64,000 nt of DNA, taken from assembly GCA_963924565.1 (NCBI GenBank), contig OZ004609.1, positions 7,936,001 through 8,000,000 on the forward strand. Direction: 5' to 3'. This stretch comes from Ascidiella aspersa (lineage: Eukaryota). This document shows positions 48,577 through 62,221 of this stretch, in pieces (positions within the stretch are counted from its first letter, which is position 1; the number at the start of each line of letters is the position of its first letter). A model generated the notes under the pieces. That model saw nothing but the letters and a program-made list of their open reading frames with translations, ran no database searches and had not been told where the DNA came from. The translations under genes and the position numbers were made by a program.

Positions 48577-48906
48577 TAGAGATAGACCGATATCACATTT
48601 TTTGGCCGATACCGATACCCGACTTTTACAATTGTGTCAGCCGATACCCAATACCAAATTTTAATATAGCTGGAAAATGTTCAAAACTTCAATTTATTGA
48701 AAATAAAAACTAAACAACTTTTAGTTTATATAACTTTAATAATTATTTAACTATTAGTTCACATTAACTTGGCATGATGCTAAAACCCGATTTTTTTTTT
48801 TTATCAAAAAGTAGTTTGTTGCACAGGAAAAATTCTACCATATTAATATTAGAGAAAGTTTCGCCTACAATAATTATCAGTAAACTGATATATCGGTCTA
48901 TCTCTA
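48577..48906 (+). mobile_element. hAT MITE
   Basis: TIRs TAGAGATAGACCGATAT / ATATCGGTCTATCTCTA; perfect 8-bp TSD CTTTTTAT; CCGATA subterminal repeats. Confidence 0.92.
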
Positions 48907-49014
48907 CTTTTTATGGTGACGCTCTGTGTTAAAAAACAGCAATTTACTCTAAAAAAAATTATAAATCATACAATAACATGCATGGTACTGAAGATGAATT
49001 CTCGATAATAAAGA

Positions 49015-51817
49015 TTACAGACCGTTATAAAGTGGCATACAGACTGGACTTGCAGCGTGTGCACCAGCATCTTGAAGTACACCACCTGGTGAGCAACGCC
49101 AGGGGTCCCATGTAGCTTTCTGCCAGTCGTACAGCAACTGGTGAAGCTGACCAAATGCTGCCGAATTATTTTTGTCGTACGCAATGTTATTTTTTTGTAA
49201 AGGGTCACTTGTCATGTTATACATTTCAAACTGACTACGGTAATAGTAAGCCTTCAATGTTTTAAACCAGTGCAGATCTTCACCTGCTCGAGTTCGATTG
49301 AGCAAATCTTGGAAAGAAGGAGCTAGATAGAAATCCTGATCAATTGGAAATGGCATAAGGTTGTTCAGGTTTTCAATCAAAGTTAAGTTGACAACTCGAA
49401 CTGATCTCATTGGGTAATACATAGTGATTTCATGTAAGGAATGACTGCCAAATACAGTATTTCTCTGTGTGTCTTTTAAAAGCGACTTTCCAGTCAACTC
49501 TACCTTTCTGTTGAATAGTTTGTATTGTGGATATTCCAATGCAAACCAATCCAAAATGGTCGGTGTGACATCTAACAGGGACATGTAATCATGTGATATT
49601 TTACCCCAACTAGGTTTATCATAAGGGGAAGACAGAAAAAAAGGTTCAGTAGTTCCTGAAGCATACAAATTAGTCCTTCCATTTGGAAATGGAATACCGT
49701 TGTCAGATGTAAAGATAATCAAAGTGTCATCAAGAAAACCAGAATTCTTCAATGCTTTCATAATCAAACCAACCCCTTGGTCCAGTCTTGATATGGTTGT
49801 ATATTGTACGGCAATATCTTCACGAGATGCAGGAGTATCCTGAACAAAATCTGGCACAATAACCTCATTTGGGTCATAGTATTCTGGCATCCAGTCAGGG
49901 ATGTCACCCATTCCTTCTTTACGATTTCCAAATTTCTCGCAGAAGGCCCCATATTGTGGGTGAGTGTGTCCACACCTATGTGGGTCATGAAACCCAATGT
50001 AAAGAAGAAAAGGCTGGCTTGAATTCTGGCCAGAGAAAAACTTTTCTGCCAATTGCTTGATGTGCGTAATGTTGCGACCGACTTGTAGAATTGAGTTGTT
50101 TTCTTCTGTTTCGGCAAAGTCAAACGGGTAAACTTGTTCCGGTCCAACATGCTTTTTTCCAATAATTCCAGTCCGAATTCCACCTTGCTTTAGAATGAGC
50201 GACAAACTTTGAACATTCTCAAATGAATTGAAGTGGTGGTAGCCATTGTGCAGTCCAAACATCCCTATAAAAATAGCTAATTAGTATTGCTTGTTGGTCG
50301 ATAAATTCTTTCTTAACATTAAAACTGGCTTTGAATATATACAAGATGTTGGACAACTAACACTAGAAAAATTAGTTGCGTTTCTTATGTAAAATTAAAT
50401 CTATGTTACTCGCTTTTATACTAAACAACAGTGCTGTGAACAAGATACTACTGAAATTATTATAAGTCCGAGTGAAGTCATTAGCATTCAAATTGAATGT
50501 TAAACTACGCAAATCTATAAAGTGATCTTAGCCATAAAACTATTTTAAATATTAAACAACAGTGCAGCCTAATGCAAGTAAACTGTTTTACATGAAAAAA
50601 ACGTAATGACTAAATTTTATAAAAAAATACATAAAGCAAAAGCCTCTAGAGCAGTGGTTCTCAATCTTTTTGTACCCGTGGCCCCTTTTTGAACCTTTCA
50701 AATGGTCGCAGACCCCTTACATTTTTCTCGTGGAATATCTGCGTTTATAGTTATTTTTAATAATTCAGTATATCTGCCTATAGTGTACCTATGTTGAATA
50801 AATTAACAGACAACACCAAATTACTTTATAACACGTCTATTTTAAAGTGATTTCTGCTGCTGCATCTCCAAGGCAGTCTTTTAATGCGTGGTTGTGTTTT
50901 CGATAATGCTACAATAGATAAACGCATGTTATCTTTTCCAAATCCAGTACATGGAAACTGTAATAATCCTCCCATTCATTTAACAATCTATTAGTGTTAA
51001 ATTACAATGGAGGTGTTATGTCATACTCAATGCGATTTGTTATGTCATAATGCGATTCACAGCATTTTTACAGTGTGATTTTATCACTTACCAAAATTGT
51101 GATTAGGCATGTATCCCAGCGTTAATTATTTTATTAAAGGTATATTTAGAAGTTTTTGCGGACCCTCTGAAAACGTTTTGCGGCCCCCCAGGGGTCCGCA
51201 TACAGGTCCCCGGTTGAGAACCACTGCTCTAGAGGCAAGCCTTCATCATTTAAGTTGAAGTTAATAAATGGACCTAAGTTGAGTTACATAATTTTGTTCA
51301 TAATGGAGACAAGGACATAGCATTCTGTGGCAGGTGCACGCCCGTTATTTTACTGAAAAATTTGTGTGAACATGTGAATTGGTATATATCGCACTTAAAC
51401 TCTGTATAAAAGCTAATTTCCAGCCTAAGATGTACAAAAACCAAGATTACGCAAATGCACACCTGCACACCGCAGTTGGTGCTACACACCTGAAATCTCG
51501 ACGTGAAGTGCCACAGAATGCTGACTGGCCAGCAAGTACTAACCATTTTGATGCTGAGGTAATCCAGTTAAGATTTGAGAACGACTTGGCGAGCAGCTGC
51601 TTACTGTGGTGAAGGCCTTTGTGTAGATTTTCGAACGTTCAGCCAGCGCCGAAATATGCGGGGTTTTAATCACATTATTGCCGTACGTGTTTAATTCGAA
51701 GCCCATGTCATCGGCAAGTAATACCAAAACATTTTGCGCTAGCGACAAAGTAGTCTCGCCCACTATAATAAGGCTAGTGAGTAAAAGCGCATATAGGCCT
51801 AGCTTGAAAACGTACAT
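49015..51817 (-). CDS. SGSH: N-sulphoglucosamine sulphohydrolase (sulfamidase), 2 coding exons, ~507 aa
   Basis: Exon 51817-51544: signal peptide, NVLVLLADD, sulfatase motif [17 protein letters not shown]. Exon 50264-49015: [39 protein letters not shown]. Confidence 0.96.
50652..51226 (+). mobile_element. hAT MITE in the SGSH intron
   Basis: TIRs CAGTGGTTCTCAATC / GGTTGAGAACCACTG; perfect TSD CTCTAGAG. Confidence 0.93.
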
Positions 51818-52019
51818 TTGGTCGGTACAAACTTTTGAAAGTGTAAAATTGTTAACAAAACTAGCGTGTGTTTTTAACTTTGACAACTTTCTCTAGCGTG
51901 AAGTTGATCTATGGATGGAGCAGCACGGCGAATAGTAACTATTGGAGCGTGACCTTTAGGCGGCGCTTTGTGGGAGAAACTATTTTCGATAATTCAGTAT
52001 ACCATATCATGACATAAAA

Positions 52020-53174
52020 CAGGGTTGGGCTTAAGCACTCGCCCACTCGCCAATGCGAGTGCAAATTGCTCCAGGCGAGTGCTGATTGACACCTACTCGC
52101 CCGACTGGCGAGTGGCTTCGGCGAGAAATTTAATTAGTTGGTGTAGGACAACTTGTGTTAAGCACCACTGATAAGCGAAATATTACTTAGCGCCAGTTAT
52201 TTCCTTAAACGCTAAGGCGCAAATACATTCAACACTACACAATTAGTAAGGTTAATGGAGGTCATGTTCGAAGCCCGTAATAAAGACTCTTTGTCACGTT
52301 TAAAAACATCGTTTACCGGCTACAATCAAAGACGTCATTGCTGCAGTGGTAATTAGTTATGAGATTTATTGTTTAACTTAAACGTTGATAATTTTTAAAT
52401 GTTTAACCCAGTCGTTGAGGTCTTTGGAAAAGTTTATTGGACTTGCGATGTACCCAGCGATAAGAATTTTGCTTTTCTGTATTTATTGAATTGTTTGCAT
52501 AAGAAAATTATAGGCAATTGCTGCAGTTTTTGGACACAAAAAGTTGGAATACAAATGTCTTATAAAAATATTTGTAAGCAGTGTTTTTAACATGTTTTGA
52601 GGGAGCGAAATGGCCCACTGAACATTACTGTATTTTAAAGTATGACCTAATGTGTAACTACAGCTAGTCTGCGTAATTATGTTGTTACGATTTCTTAAAG
52701 TCCATAGCGGTCAACCAAGACAAAATTATTTGCTGTTCAACCAGTAACTATATTGTTAGGCGAAATTTGGCGTTTTGTTTGCGGTGAAACGTCCTTCAAG
52801 CACAGAAAAAACAGATAAAGAAGAAAAGAAAGCGCGAGGCTTTTTAGAAAAAAGGAAAACAGGCAGGCCGTGGCTACTAAATTGTTAGTGTTATTTTTTT
52901 ACTAAAGATTGTAAAAAAATATTTCGTCTAAAAAACATTGTTTTAAGCGTAAATTTCTTTATGGGTCAATAATTTGGTCATTCATACATGGAAATTAAAA
53001 CTAATGTTTACGTATAGAAACTGTAAGACAAACCCAAATAAATGACCGCGCTAGGACGGAAATTTGCAAACGGCGTGCCAACAAATTTGGCGAGTGTTAT
53101 TTCGTCTGGGCGAGTGTAGATTGATAGCCGCTCGCCCGCCTGGCGAGTGTCAATTTTTGCTTAGGACAACCCTG
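52020..53174 (+). mobile_element. Non-autonomous TIR DNA transposon (hAT-like)
   Basis: Ends CAGGGTTGGGCTTAAGCA / TGCTTAGGACAACCCTG; clustered CTCGCC/GGCGAG repeats at both ends; TSD only partly recognisable (TAAAA). Confidence 0.75.
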
Positions 53175-53445
53175 TAAAATTAGGTTTAAATTTGGAGTAA
53201 AAAGTTCGACGAATGCACTTTCGCTCAGAAAAGTTTCGATATTTGAATTCTTCAGATCGGACCTTCTTAACCAGGTGCGCCGCGCTAAGTAGAAAAATTA
53301 TCTAAATTAATCTATATAATATAGCCTACAAATATTATAACACGCCATCCGATCAAATGCCGCTTTCACACATGATAAAGGGTGTGACTCCATTTGTGGG
53401 GAAGAAGGCCAGGCACATTACACTATCCGTAACATTACTTTATAG

Positions 53446-53765
53446 CAGTGGTTCTCAACCTTTTTTTCACTGCGTACCACGTCGAGCTTCTATGATCTTG
53501 GTGCGTACCAACAAATTGTTGAAAAACTCAACTTTAATAGATTTGCATAGATGTTCCGGAAAGATAACAGTTCCTATCGTTAAAGAAGCATAACATATTT
53601 AACTCTACAATCATTATAATGAATGTATAGTTTATTACAATAAAAACATGCTTAATCTTTTGGTAAAACTGTAATCTTACTTAAAAACATACTGCGTACA
53701 GCGTACCACCCAAAATGACTTCGCGTACCACTAGTGGTACGCGTACCACAGGTTGAGAACCACTG
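53446..53765 (+). mobile_element. hAT MITE
   Basis: TIRs CAGTGGTTCTCAACC / GGTTGAGAACCACTG; flanks share TTTATAG; GCGTACCA repeats. Confidence 0.9.
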
Positions 53766-56075
53766 TTTATAGTAACATGGTAAATTACCTCTGCTTTTTT
53801 CCAAGGACAAGTTTGCAATAAATGTGGTAAACTTAATTTCCTCATATTTAAAACTTTTGCCCTACCTTGAATCGCAAAAAGGCGTAATTTGGGAACAATA
53901 TTTATTAAACAAACTAACAGGCCATTAGCGCATCTAAACGATACAACAAACGTTTTTCATTTTAAAAAAGTGAAACCTCTGGGATACTTTCCATAAGCTT
54001 GAAACTCAACTTAGTAAAATGAAATACATTCGCCCGGTTTGCACTTTAATTTGTTTGTCTTGGTTGTTGTTGCACAAATTTATCTTGGTTGGTCTTCCAA
54101 AATAATGTTAGAATATTAAAAGTACAAAATACAAAGTTCGACTTAATGGCAGCCATAAATCTTCTCTGGTTAGCCAGGTTAACCGAGGCAAATCAAAGAG
54201 GACTTTATGCGGATGGTTTTAGGACTTAAAATTCGTAAAATTAGATGATAAAGAAATACAATACGGAAAAATTTTGCATAAACAAGCCCTTCGCTTTGAC
54301 AGCATGATAGTCCAAAGTGTTTACTGTGGTTTCGAGTATATTTTGTAGGCCCATGCCGCTGTTCATTTTTAACCCTGTAGGTGTGCCGCAAGTGACGAAA
54401 GGTTGCGGACTCCTGCTTTAGGTAGATTAAGTTTGTTTACTTCGTCAAATGGCTCACGGTTAATGTTCAATTTTTAAAGATTTATAATTATCACCGACAA
54501 CATAGAATTCTTTCCCTTAAACATATCGTACAGAAAACGATAATAGTTGAATATTTTTTATTAAACCCAGTAACACAACATTTGAATGAATTTTTATAGG
54601 AGAAAATGTCAACCAAGCTTTCATCTAAATCTCATTTATTTTTAGGACAAAAGTGTGCTATTACACATATCGTTGCTTTCCAGATATAGTTTGTAGGTCT
54701 ACTGTAAGCCTGTTTATTTTTTTTCATAACGTAAATTAAGCCACAGAGTAGCAGTGAAGCAACAGTCAACAGATAACTGTTCTAGGTTTAAAAAGACATA
54801 AATTCCGCTAGGTGACGATATAGAAACGCTAAATAAGCTAGACCAGGGTTTCTCAAGTATCTATAAGGCATTACTTCTAGCTAGGCGAATGTACAGCTTC
54901 TGGACTTATTCGCGTTTTGTTCGAAAGAAGACCTCGGGAAATAACTCGTCAAGAAAATCGAACGGTCCCGCCTCTTCATTCGTTTAAATTTTGGCATTCG
55001 TTCGCGTGGTAAATAGTGTGCTGCCAATGCAGAGGCGTAGATTAAATTCATTATGACCGGTTCCCATAGGTTGACGTATTTCTAGGGAGTCCTTCTTCAA
55101 ATTGATGTCAGTATTCAGTAGGAGGTGGGCAAGGCTTTTGTTTTATATGTCAATAGTGACTAACAAGTAACAGCTGAAGTGCTGAACTCTGTGTGGAACC
55201 GAATGCCTCTATCGCGGTTCTGTCTGTGATAAATATAGGATTAAGGGTTCGAATGGGGACCGTATACTTACTGCGGTGAATCAAGTAAGCCAATTTCCTG
55301 AATAATTTTGCTTCCGCTCCTGGTGACAATCTCTGTCGTTCACAAAACAAAAAACAGCAAACAAGTTTCAATGGTTGCACGGTGTATTGGCCATCACAAA
55401 AAGGCAACGTTATCGTGAATTTGATAGGAATAACGAAAACATATGATAAAGCATCATATAGCTGTCTTGACGAAAATGCATCGACGAATTTCAGTAGCCA
55501 TACTTAATAGGAATCACAAAGGGCGAATAAAAAAACGAACTTTAAGGAAAAATAACAAGGACAATTTGGTCGAGGCAAAACACAGGCATTTTACTCCCTT
55601 GAAAAATAAATTCGTAGGAGATTTATGCTGGACGACTCAAATTAATTAAAAAGTGCGGATTAGGATGTTTTAATATTGGGTCGCTTTTGCTCAGACTGTT
55701 AGTTGGTCAAAATGCGTGGCCTAAACACATAGGACACGGAAGTGTTTAGAAATTTCTCTAGGAACAGAAATTTCCTACAATATTTATGTGAGCCAAGAAT
55801 TTTACAAGCATTCCATTCACTACAATGGGGACGTAAGACATAAAAATGAGTTTTTTACACAAGGGCTAGCTTTTCAAAGGTTAATAAAGCCACATTTTCG
55901 CAGTCTTCAGTTTTACAACAAAATTGATCTAAAATCGTGCGAGTACAGAGCCCCAAACAACTCCAAGTACCATAGTAGAAGGCCACATACATTAAAACCA
56001 GTTAACAGCCCGGCAAAGCGACCGTTGGGGATGTTAAACGCTTGTGTTTCGCCCCTCAAACTGCAAAACAAAGTC

Positions 56076-58551
56076 CTACGATTGGCGTGCGGCCGAATTC
56101 GACTTTTCGATGACGATATTCTGCGCGATCGAGGCGATATCGATGGCCCGGCGCCGTGCCTTCTCCTGGGCGCCCTTGACGCACTCCTTGAGGCCGGCCT
56201 GGTGCCCCTGGGGCATCTCGGCGCCCTGCAGCATAGTGACGTAGCCAAGGTGAGCCTTGTTCACGTTGGACTTCCACCGTTGTAGGCCGAACTGGCGCAG
56301 CACGCGTCGGAAACCGGTTAGCGAGGAGTCGACCCAACCCTGGCGCTGTATCGACGTGGCCGATGTACTTGGAGTTTCGGCAACAGGCTGCGCTATCGTC
56401 ATACATTCTTGGACGTCCTGGCGTTTAATGGGGGCGATAGATGAGTAAAAAGTGGTAGCTTTTCTAATGCAACGATTGGCATTTAACAAACAGATGACTC
56501 CTAATGGTTCAATCACAATGTCTTATGTGTATACATAATTATTATTGAGTACTTCAAAGTTGGTTGTGATATTGAATGCTGTAATTTGGGAATATGACGT
56601 CATATTAGTGTTCAGGTAGTGCGTTAAATGTAAACTTTATCTGATGTCTCAACTTTTGACGGCTATAAATTCCCTATAACTGGTAATGGTAAGAACATGG
56701 AATAAATATGCATATGTATTTGTTGTGATTAAGTAGTTTTGTTAATTTTAGCACAGGTCAATACTAGAAATAGCCCCAGAAGATTTATGTATTCTTTGCA
56801 AATAACAAATAATTATGTATGAAATTTAGTTCTTCACAACAATGCACCATGGTTGTATTTGCAAAATGTTATTTTGGGGTCAGTTCCTGTGTGTCAAAAG
56901 CATTGTTGTTGTTAAATGCGACCCTGTCAGACATAAATGGTATGTGTTCTTTGTGTGTTTTTTTTCCTCGCTTTATTGTAGACCCGAAAATAATTTATAA
57001 AACAAGTGGGACATGAGCTGAAAATTTTAAGAAGAAAATAACATAACATACGCACATACACAGTGAGCATTAGACTTCACATTTTTAAACATTCATCGTT
57101 CTTAGTCTTTAGTTATGCTTTATAATTATTATTCAGTTATAAAGCATCTATTATTCTGCACTTATACTACCTTCTATCAGCGAATTGTTTATATTAATCA
57201 GAGAAGTGTTACATTAGAAAGAATCGTGACTGCACCAGCGTACCACAAGAAACATGGGTAAACTAATCCTTGAATTTTTATGGGGGCCCGCAAAATATCA
57301 AAATCATTACAAAGGGTCAACCAGTCAAATTTTTAGAAAAGTTTGGCAACTGCTGGGCTACTAAAACAAAAGTACAAATTTAGACCTACCATCATATTTC
57401 GGTAGCCAACATTCCAGGAATAGACCTTCATTGTCTTGTTTATGGGGTCAACGATTGATTCTTCAACTATATGTACCATGTCTTTTAGATGCGACTTGAA
57501 AATCAAATTTCCCCATTTAGGCAACGGATTGGTTTTACTTAAAATTCGCCGGCTGTACAACAATCCGTCTGGAGTGATTTTTCGATCGACTACATCTTCG
57601 CTCAAGACATGCTGGCTGTTAAATGAAAAAACACTACAGTAATATCAATCAACTTTAACAAATACATAATCAAAAATGAAACAAATTACCAAAATAACAA
57701 TACAAGGTATAACTGAAGAACTCAAAAATTTACAATCAATAGGTTGGTCTCAATTTTACATGTCTTTGTTTTTGTTCAATGGTCTAATTTAGTTTGATGT
57801 AAACAAGTTTAATAGAATTTTTATAAGTTTAATTCACAACACCACAGGGTTGCCACTTGCCACACATTTTTTTTTGTTTGAAGTCTTTTCAAACAAAGTA
57901 GTCAGTTTTAATCGAACAAATCAGGGTGTCCCGATATCTAAAATAATTATACAAAAAATATACAGTTAAGACTGCGTAGTCAAGATAGTTTCGGTACCTT
58001 TAAATAATGGGCTCTTTTAATAAAAAATGGTACACACTTTTTGAAATAAAAATAATTATTAAACATTTTAACCGTTTGGGAAGCACATAGAATTTTTGAA
58101 TCACTTTGTAATGTACAAATCAAATCAAAGAAAAGTCAATGATGACAAACACTTCTCATACATTTGACTTTAAAAATTAGCTATGAAATGTAACAAATAT
58201 TAATGTTTAACAAATTAGTTTGTCTACTCATTTAGTCACACAATTCTTTTCCATATTATCTTTGGATACTGGTCATCGCCTGAAAAACTACAAATGCCAA
58301 CTTAGGAAAATTGTTTTTTTTAAGAAATGTTATATAACATTTTCATCATTAAGAAACAGCCAAAATTTACTGATACCAGGAATCGGCCTGAGCGAAATAT
58401 CTGCCAATATTATCTATATTGGCATAACTCTAAAAATCAATTGGTATATCCACCTATACTGATTGGGGTACTTTTTCCAAAAGCAAGACACCACATCATC
58501 CCAAGAAAAGTTGATTATGTTTAAAACAGATCCATATTTTGAAGAATCCAT
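56076..58551 (-). CDS. PRELID1: PRELI domain-containing protein 1 (Ups1-like mitochondrial lipid transfer protein), ~221 aa
   Basis: Exons 58551-58454 (SWDDVVSCFWKKYPNQYS), 57615-57390 (HVLSEDVVDR..LYSRRILSKTNPLPKW..VEESIVDP..YSWN), 56417-56076. Confidence 0.9.
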
Positions 58552-59854
58552 GTAGTTTTAGTAGTTAGTTTATTAGCCTATGAAACCATTTTCTATAAAA
58601 AAATGTTAAACACTCTGGTAATGTTTTCAAAAGATTTGCGCCAAGCAACGTTGTTCAAAATCTAGTCAGTGTGCCATCTGGTGTTCTGTTTGCCATAGTT
58701 ATTTTACAACAAGTACCATGATGACATTGACAGGTCTTTTGCAGAAGGTTTAGTATACATAGGAAGTAGCAAACATTTAACAAGGAACTTTGAAAGTTAT
58801 AAATGCAATCGATGAATAGGGATGTCCCAGCATATAATCCTTTGGATTTGAGTCTTAGAAGTGTTAAAGTCCTAATGCACTGTTTACAACTGGCAACTGT
58901 GGAAAGTATGGCAACTGAAGCCGCAAGTTTTTTTCAACCTAAATCATTACACCTTTCAAAAGTGCACACCTAAAAAGAAATGGAACTGCTCCCCAAATAT
59001 GTAAAATGCTTGTGCAACATATGTTTACAGTGCAATGGAAAATCATAAAGAGCACTTGGAAAAAAGTGTACCCGAGGGCTGAGGTGCACTTTGTTACCTT
59101 TGTGCACCCGGTCACCCGTATTTTTTTCTGCGTTGCACCTGCGAGATCTCATTGAAATCTGCAATACTTTTCAGAATGGATAACGGTTAATCCTTGAAAA
59201 TGATTTTTTTGTTAATATATCATTTTAATGGCAAGAAATCATACGTAAATTGCAAATCCACAAGTGACAAGTTTGGATAAATGCCTAATACTGTGTTTAA
59301 ACAGTTAAGGATTAGGCCTGAAAAGTGGTTATTTAGTAAAACGTTTTCCGGGCATGGATTGACTATCATGCCAATTAAATGCTATTTATGATATGGCTTA
59401 TGTTAAATGCAATGTTCTTTCAAAATTTTCTTAAGTTTGTTTATGTTGTCAAAACAAGAATAGCATTGATTCAAATGTTAAGTTCCAGTCTTGGACAAGT
59501 GCTTTCTCTGGTCAACCTTGCTAGGCCACATACCCTACACAAAGCCAACGGAGAACACTCAATTTACTAAAATCGACACTCAATTTACTGTTTCGCAACC
59601 TAACTATTATTTTACTAAAGGGCGTTGTTTTCTCGGGGTAAAAGGTCGCGTCATAACATTTAGAAAGCTTAGAACGAAAACAAACGTGTGAAAAGTCACG
59701 ACCCCCAAGTGATAATTTTACACATAGAAACCTGCCGGACACGCACCAACGATTACAATCTAACCGTATAGACATCTTATACACAACCTATTTCGCATAG
59801 TGTTCGTTTCGGTAAAAAAAATCACCGAGTCGCCGGTGAAATTTATTAAAAATA

Positions 59855-60922
59855 ATGTCGGGGAAACAGTTTCCAAGCGGTAAGTTATATTATTCGTTTT
59901 AAATATATTATGGACCTTAACTACGTGTTTGACAAAACGTAATTAATTGTGAAAAACTTGTGTCAAAATTTGTCTGAATTTGGAAAAGATTCATATTTAA
60001 TTGCATTAAAATAAAAACATATTTGAATGCATGAATGTTTCAATTTATGAACGTTTCAATTAGTTTTGTTTACAAATCAAATCATTACAATAATTCGTTA
60101 TAAAAACTGTAACATGTTCAAATAAGTAACCTTAAGGGCCAATTTATAATTGTTGAATGTTGATCAATAGCACAATTAATATGCTTTACTAAATTTTAGG
60201 AAGTCAACCATTTGGACAGGACCAAATTCCACAAAGCAAATATGCCGACCTATTGGCGGTCATTGAGGAACTAGGAAAAGACATAAAGCCAACTTACGCA
60301 GGAAGCAGAAGTGCCAGCGATCGACTAAAAAGAGGTCACAGCAGCTATATGTGTTTTATTGCATTATGAAAGTCACCTTTTTCGTGTGTATTTTTAACAT
60401 ATTTACTGGGGACAACACTTCTGTAAAAGAATGGAAAAACTCTTTTAATTTTTGCTTCTGTAAAAGAATGGGAAACTCTTTTAATTTTCTAAACAATAAA
60501 AAAGGCATCAGCTGTAAACTACAAATAGTCTATTTAGTTAGCGCCTGTTTATTTTTATCTGTTATAAATATACTGTGTATTTTGGAAGCCTTCATTGAAC
60601 AAACAGAATGAACACCCAAATAAGAAAAGCTAGCATTAGGAGAACTCCCACCAAATTTAAAGGTAATAGATTTTACAAACAATAGTCTTCTACATGTCAA
60701 AAGAAAAATAAATGTGCTTTAAATTGATCTTTGTTGAAACTCCTTATAACATCTTTAATAATTTGATATACATGATTGATAAAATCTCTTCATTGGAGTT
60801 GTAGTCTGAGAATGTTTTCTTAAAAAAAATATGTAAACATATGCTTTTTTGCAGGAATCTTACATGCAAGGGCACTTGTGCGAGAATGTCTTATTGAAAC
60901 AGAAAGAAGTGCAAGATCATAG
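59855..60922 (+). CDS. CDK2AP1: CDK2-associated protein 1/2 (DOC-1), ~75 aa
   Basis: Exons 59855-59879 (MSGKQFPS), 60200-60334 ([35 protein letters not shown]), 60855-60922 ([22 protein letters not shown]). Missed by the ORF track because the exons are short. Confidence 0.92.
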
Positions 60923-62221
60923 CTAAATTGTTGAGTGGCAGAAAATGCTGTCAATCACGAAAGGAGAGCTTTCAAAGACTGAAATCTGACTACAGTAGGT
61001 TCAACATGAACCTAGGTCAAGTTGTTGTTTTTAACGACTAATGTGTTAAGCTATTTTCTCAGCGCAAATAAAATGTTTGGCCTTCTGCATTATTTTTGAA
61101 GTATTTCTTATTTTTTTTGCTTGTCCAGTCAAATTAAATCTTTTTAATGTTAATAAAATGTTTTATCCAATATTTTTTTGAAGATATGTTGGTGTTATAT
61201 ACATAATTTCTACTGTTTTGCTTTAATGATCAAGACAAGATATAACTTGCATAAAATATTGCAATTTTGTTGCTTTAAAATTTAAAGTTTGTTCAATATA
61301 TCTCTTGGAAAAATACATACTCATAATGAGTCATAATATTGACCAAATAATTATTTCATGTTGCTCTAATTGTTTGTTTAACTGTCCAAGTAATGGCTAG
61401 TAAAACTTAGATTTTTAAAATGTTAAATATATCACAGTTATATTTAACACAATTTTTTTAAGTATTTGAAGGAGGAAAGCAGTTCATAGAAATATTTCAG
61501 AAATTGAGTCCAGTTAAAATAAACCATTTCCTAGTTAAGTATGTAACTTTTGAAGTTGTTTTAAATTGTTTAGATAGTCTGTTTCCAAAGTACATCAGAA
61601 TAATATCCTTGGTACGAAAGTCTGTTTAATTGAAGAACAATTTTTAATGCACATTGGCTGGTACAACACAAAATAATTTGATTACAAGTAAAAAATTGAT
61701 CATGATTAACAAATACATAAAATACATTGCAACTAAGTTCGAACAGAAACAAATATGAAAAACATATTAAATAAACAGAAAAAAACGAGCAACACACAAA
61801 TAAATTCTTAAATTTCGGTGCTAAACTTATTCATTATTAATCATCTTTTTAGGTAGAAAATTCAACTGCAAAATAAAACATTAAAAAAGGCTGCATATAC
61901 TTTTTTGTAATGCAAGCTACTCATTACATTTGAAAAAATATATATATATATTTAAGGAATAATATCCATAAATGTATAATAATAATAAGGCAATGGACCA
62001 TAGTATGTAAAACCTCAAAATAAGTAATTAGTGCACCATTTAACCAGTATAAAGTATATTCATCACACAACAGTACAAAACTGTGAGGCATCACTTATAC
62101 ATTATATTGAAACGAAGTGTTGGTAGGTAATTACCGTAATTATTGTGCATTAAAAATAAAATAGGTTGCTATTGCATATAAATAAAACAAAACTATAACA
62201 GGTGAACATTTAAAGAAAAAG

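Noticed and set aside
51539-51886. Longer SGSH N-terminus given by the ORF track (MSKLKTH...)
   Set aside because: Begins at a non-ATG codon; the ATG at 51817 gives a normal signal peptide.
55788-56448. Several overlapping ORFs of 63-165 aa on both strands
   Set aside because: Shadow ORFs caused by the GC-rich PRELID1 last exon.
54380-57360. Single MITE ends at ~54400, ~54844 and ~57350 (also ~31643, ~43465, ~46210)
   Set aside because: No partner TIR or TSD found, so element boundaries cannot be supported.
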